From NCBI GenBank assembly GCA_964016885.1, contig OZ024756.1, positions 21,824,001-21,888,000 on the forward strand: DNA of 64,000 nucleotides, given 5' to 3'. Shown in pieces: positions 62,916 to 64,000 of the stretch. The DNA comes from Eledone cirrhosa. Taxonomy: Eukaryota. Position 1 is the first letter of the stretch. Each line of letters starts with the position of its first letter. The notes beneath the pieces were generated by a model. It searched no databases. It was not told the DNA's origin and worked only from the letters and a program-made list of their open reading frames with translations. The translations under genes and the position numbers were made by a program.

Positions 62916-63280
62916 CTTTGAGTCTCAGTCATTGATGTTAGTTAACTGGAAAGTTTGTTGAAATGAATATCAAGCCACTACCTGCAGCCTCAGATATTCA
63001 GGACGTATCGGAGGGTTCTTGCTGTTCCCAGCAAGCATGCCTTTTGAAGCGTTCCAAAAAGCGTGGCGGGGCCAATTTTCTTTAACCATCCCTGGAAACT
63101 TTTTGAGATAGTACCTAGTGCGCCTATGACAATCGGGACCACTTTGACTTCATGGCAGTTTCAAATCCTTTTTACCTCCCACTTTAAGTCCTGGTATCGG
63201 TTAATTTTCTCCCTCTCCTTCTCTTGCACTCTCGTGTCGAATGGGCAGGCCACATCCACAATCAGGAACGATCTTTTTTC
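62916..63280 (-). mobile_element. R4/Dong-like non-LTR retrotransposon 3' end (restriction-like endonuclease)
   Basis: 63280 to 62990 translates as LIVDVACPFDTRVQEKEREKINRYQDLKWEVKRI*NCHEVKVVPIVIGALGTISK...LQKACLLGTARTLRYVLNI*, with one internal stop. Flanked by (TAA)n. Confidence 0.85.
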
Positions 63281-63294
63281 TAATTATTATTATT

Positions 63295-63460
63295 CGGACG
63301 GCATGCTTTGACGCATAGAGTTACGGCCCTTGCAATTCTGAGTTCAAATCCCGCCGAGGTTAACTTTGCCTTTCATCCTTACGGGGTCGATAAAATAAAG
63401 TACTAGTAATGTACTGGGTAATTGCTGGCCTTGTGCCAATAGTAGAAACAATTATTATTA

Positions 63461-63497
<37 letters not shown>
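63295..63497 (+). mobile_element. 5'-truncated SINE with long (ATT)n tail
   Basis: Consensus match. Confidence 0.85.
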
Positions 63498-63498
<1 letters not shown>

Positions 63499-63520
63499 AA
63501 TGTATATGTATACATACACA

Positions 63521-63594
<74 letters not shown>

Positions 63595-63629
63595 GATTTA
63601 TAAAATGATATATCTTTTTCAATTTTTAG

Positions 63630-63963
63630 ATTGTGCTGTTATGACACATTTTCCTATTACGGATAACGCCCACAATGCCAGTGCTGAAGAATTGATCAAG
63701 GAAATCCAGGCTCTGAAAGACGATAGTAAAAAATGTCACCGTGAACTGGACAGGTGGAAATCGAACTGCCGCAAATATAAAGCCAGCTATTTAATAGTGG
63801 CTGATCACAACCGAGTATTGGTTCGGGAAAATTCAACACAAAAATGGGAGCTAGCTTATTTACAACAACGTATACAACGTCAACAGGAACGTTACGATGA
63901 ATTAGAAAGAAATTATGATATACTGCAAGACAACTATAAAACCTTATCCGGATTGTTCAACAG
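63630..63963 (+). CDS. Candidate exon encoding a coiled-coil segment (~110 aa)
   Basis: Non-repetitive, stop-free frame (AEELIKEIQALKDDSKK...LQQRIQRQQERYDELERNYDILQDNYKTL) with heptad-like spacing. Pyrimidine tract and AG at 63628-63629, and a possible donor AG|GTATAT at 63964. Confidence 0.45.
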
Positions 63964-64000
63964 GTATATATATATATAAGTATATTCCTCTATCTTTTCA

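Overview
AT-rich, repeat-dominated eukaryotic (animal) genomic DNA. The abundant tRNA-headed SINE with the core TTTGCCTTTCATCCTTACGGGGTCGATAAAATAAAGTACCAG and the very long (TA)n/(CA)n/(CT)n microsatellites point to an octopus or other coleoid cephalopod genome (inference). Almost all ORFs in the supplied track are microsatellite read-throughs (YI, HT, VC, SL repeats). The only plausible host coding sequence is a coiled-coil candidate exon at about 63630-63963. The window also holds about 20 SINE copies, MITEs of the mariner/Tc1, hAT and piggyBac types, decayed LINE 3' ends (CRE, RTE, R4/Dong) and several minisatellites. The main signal is a set of short elements inserted into (TA)n tracts that carry type I hammerhead ribozyme motifs (CUGANGA, stem II, GAAA, stem III, NUH, stem I). 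There are at least 8 near-intact and about 10 degenerate or half motifs, belonging to several sequence families. Many sit in head-to-head fold-back (inverted repeat) structures, and many have a palindromic helix III. This matches Penelope-like retroelement pseudo-LTRs and their non-autonomous derivatives. All folds were assigned by eye.
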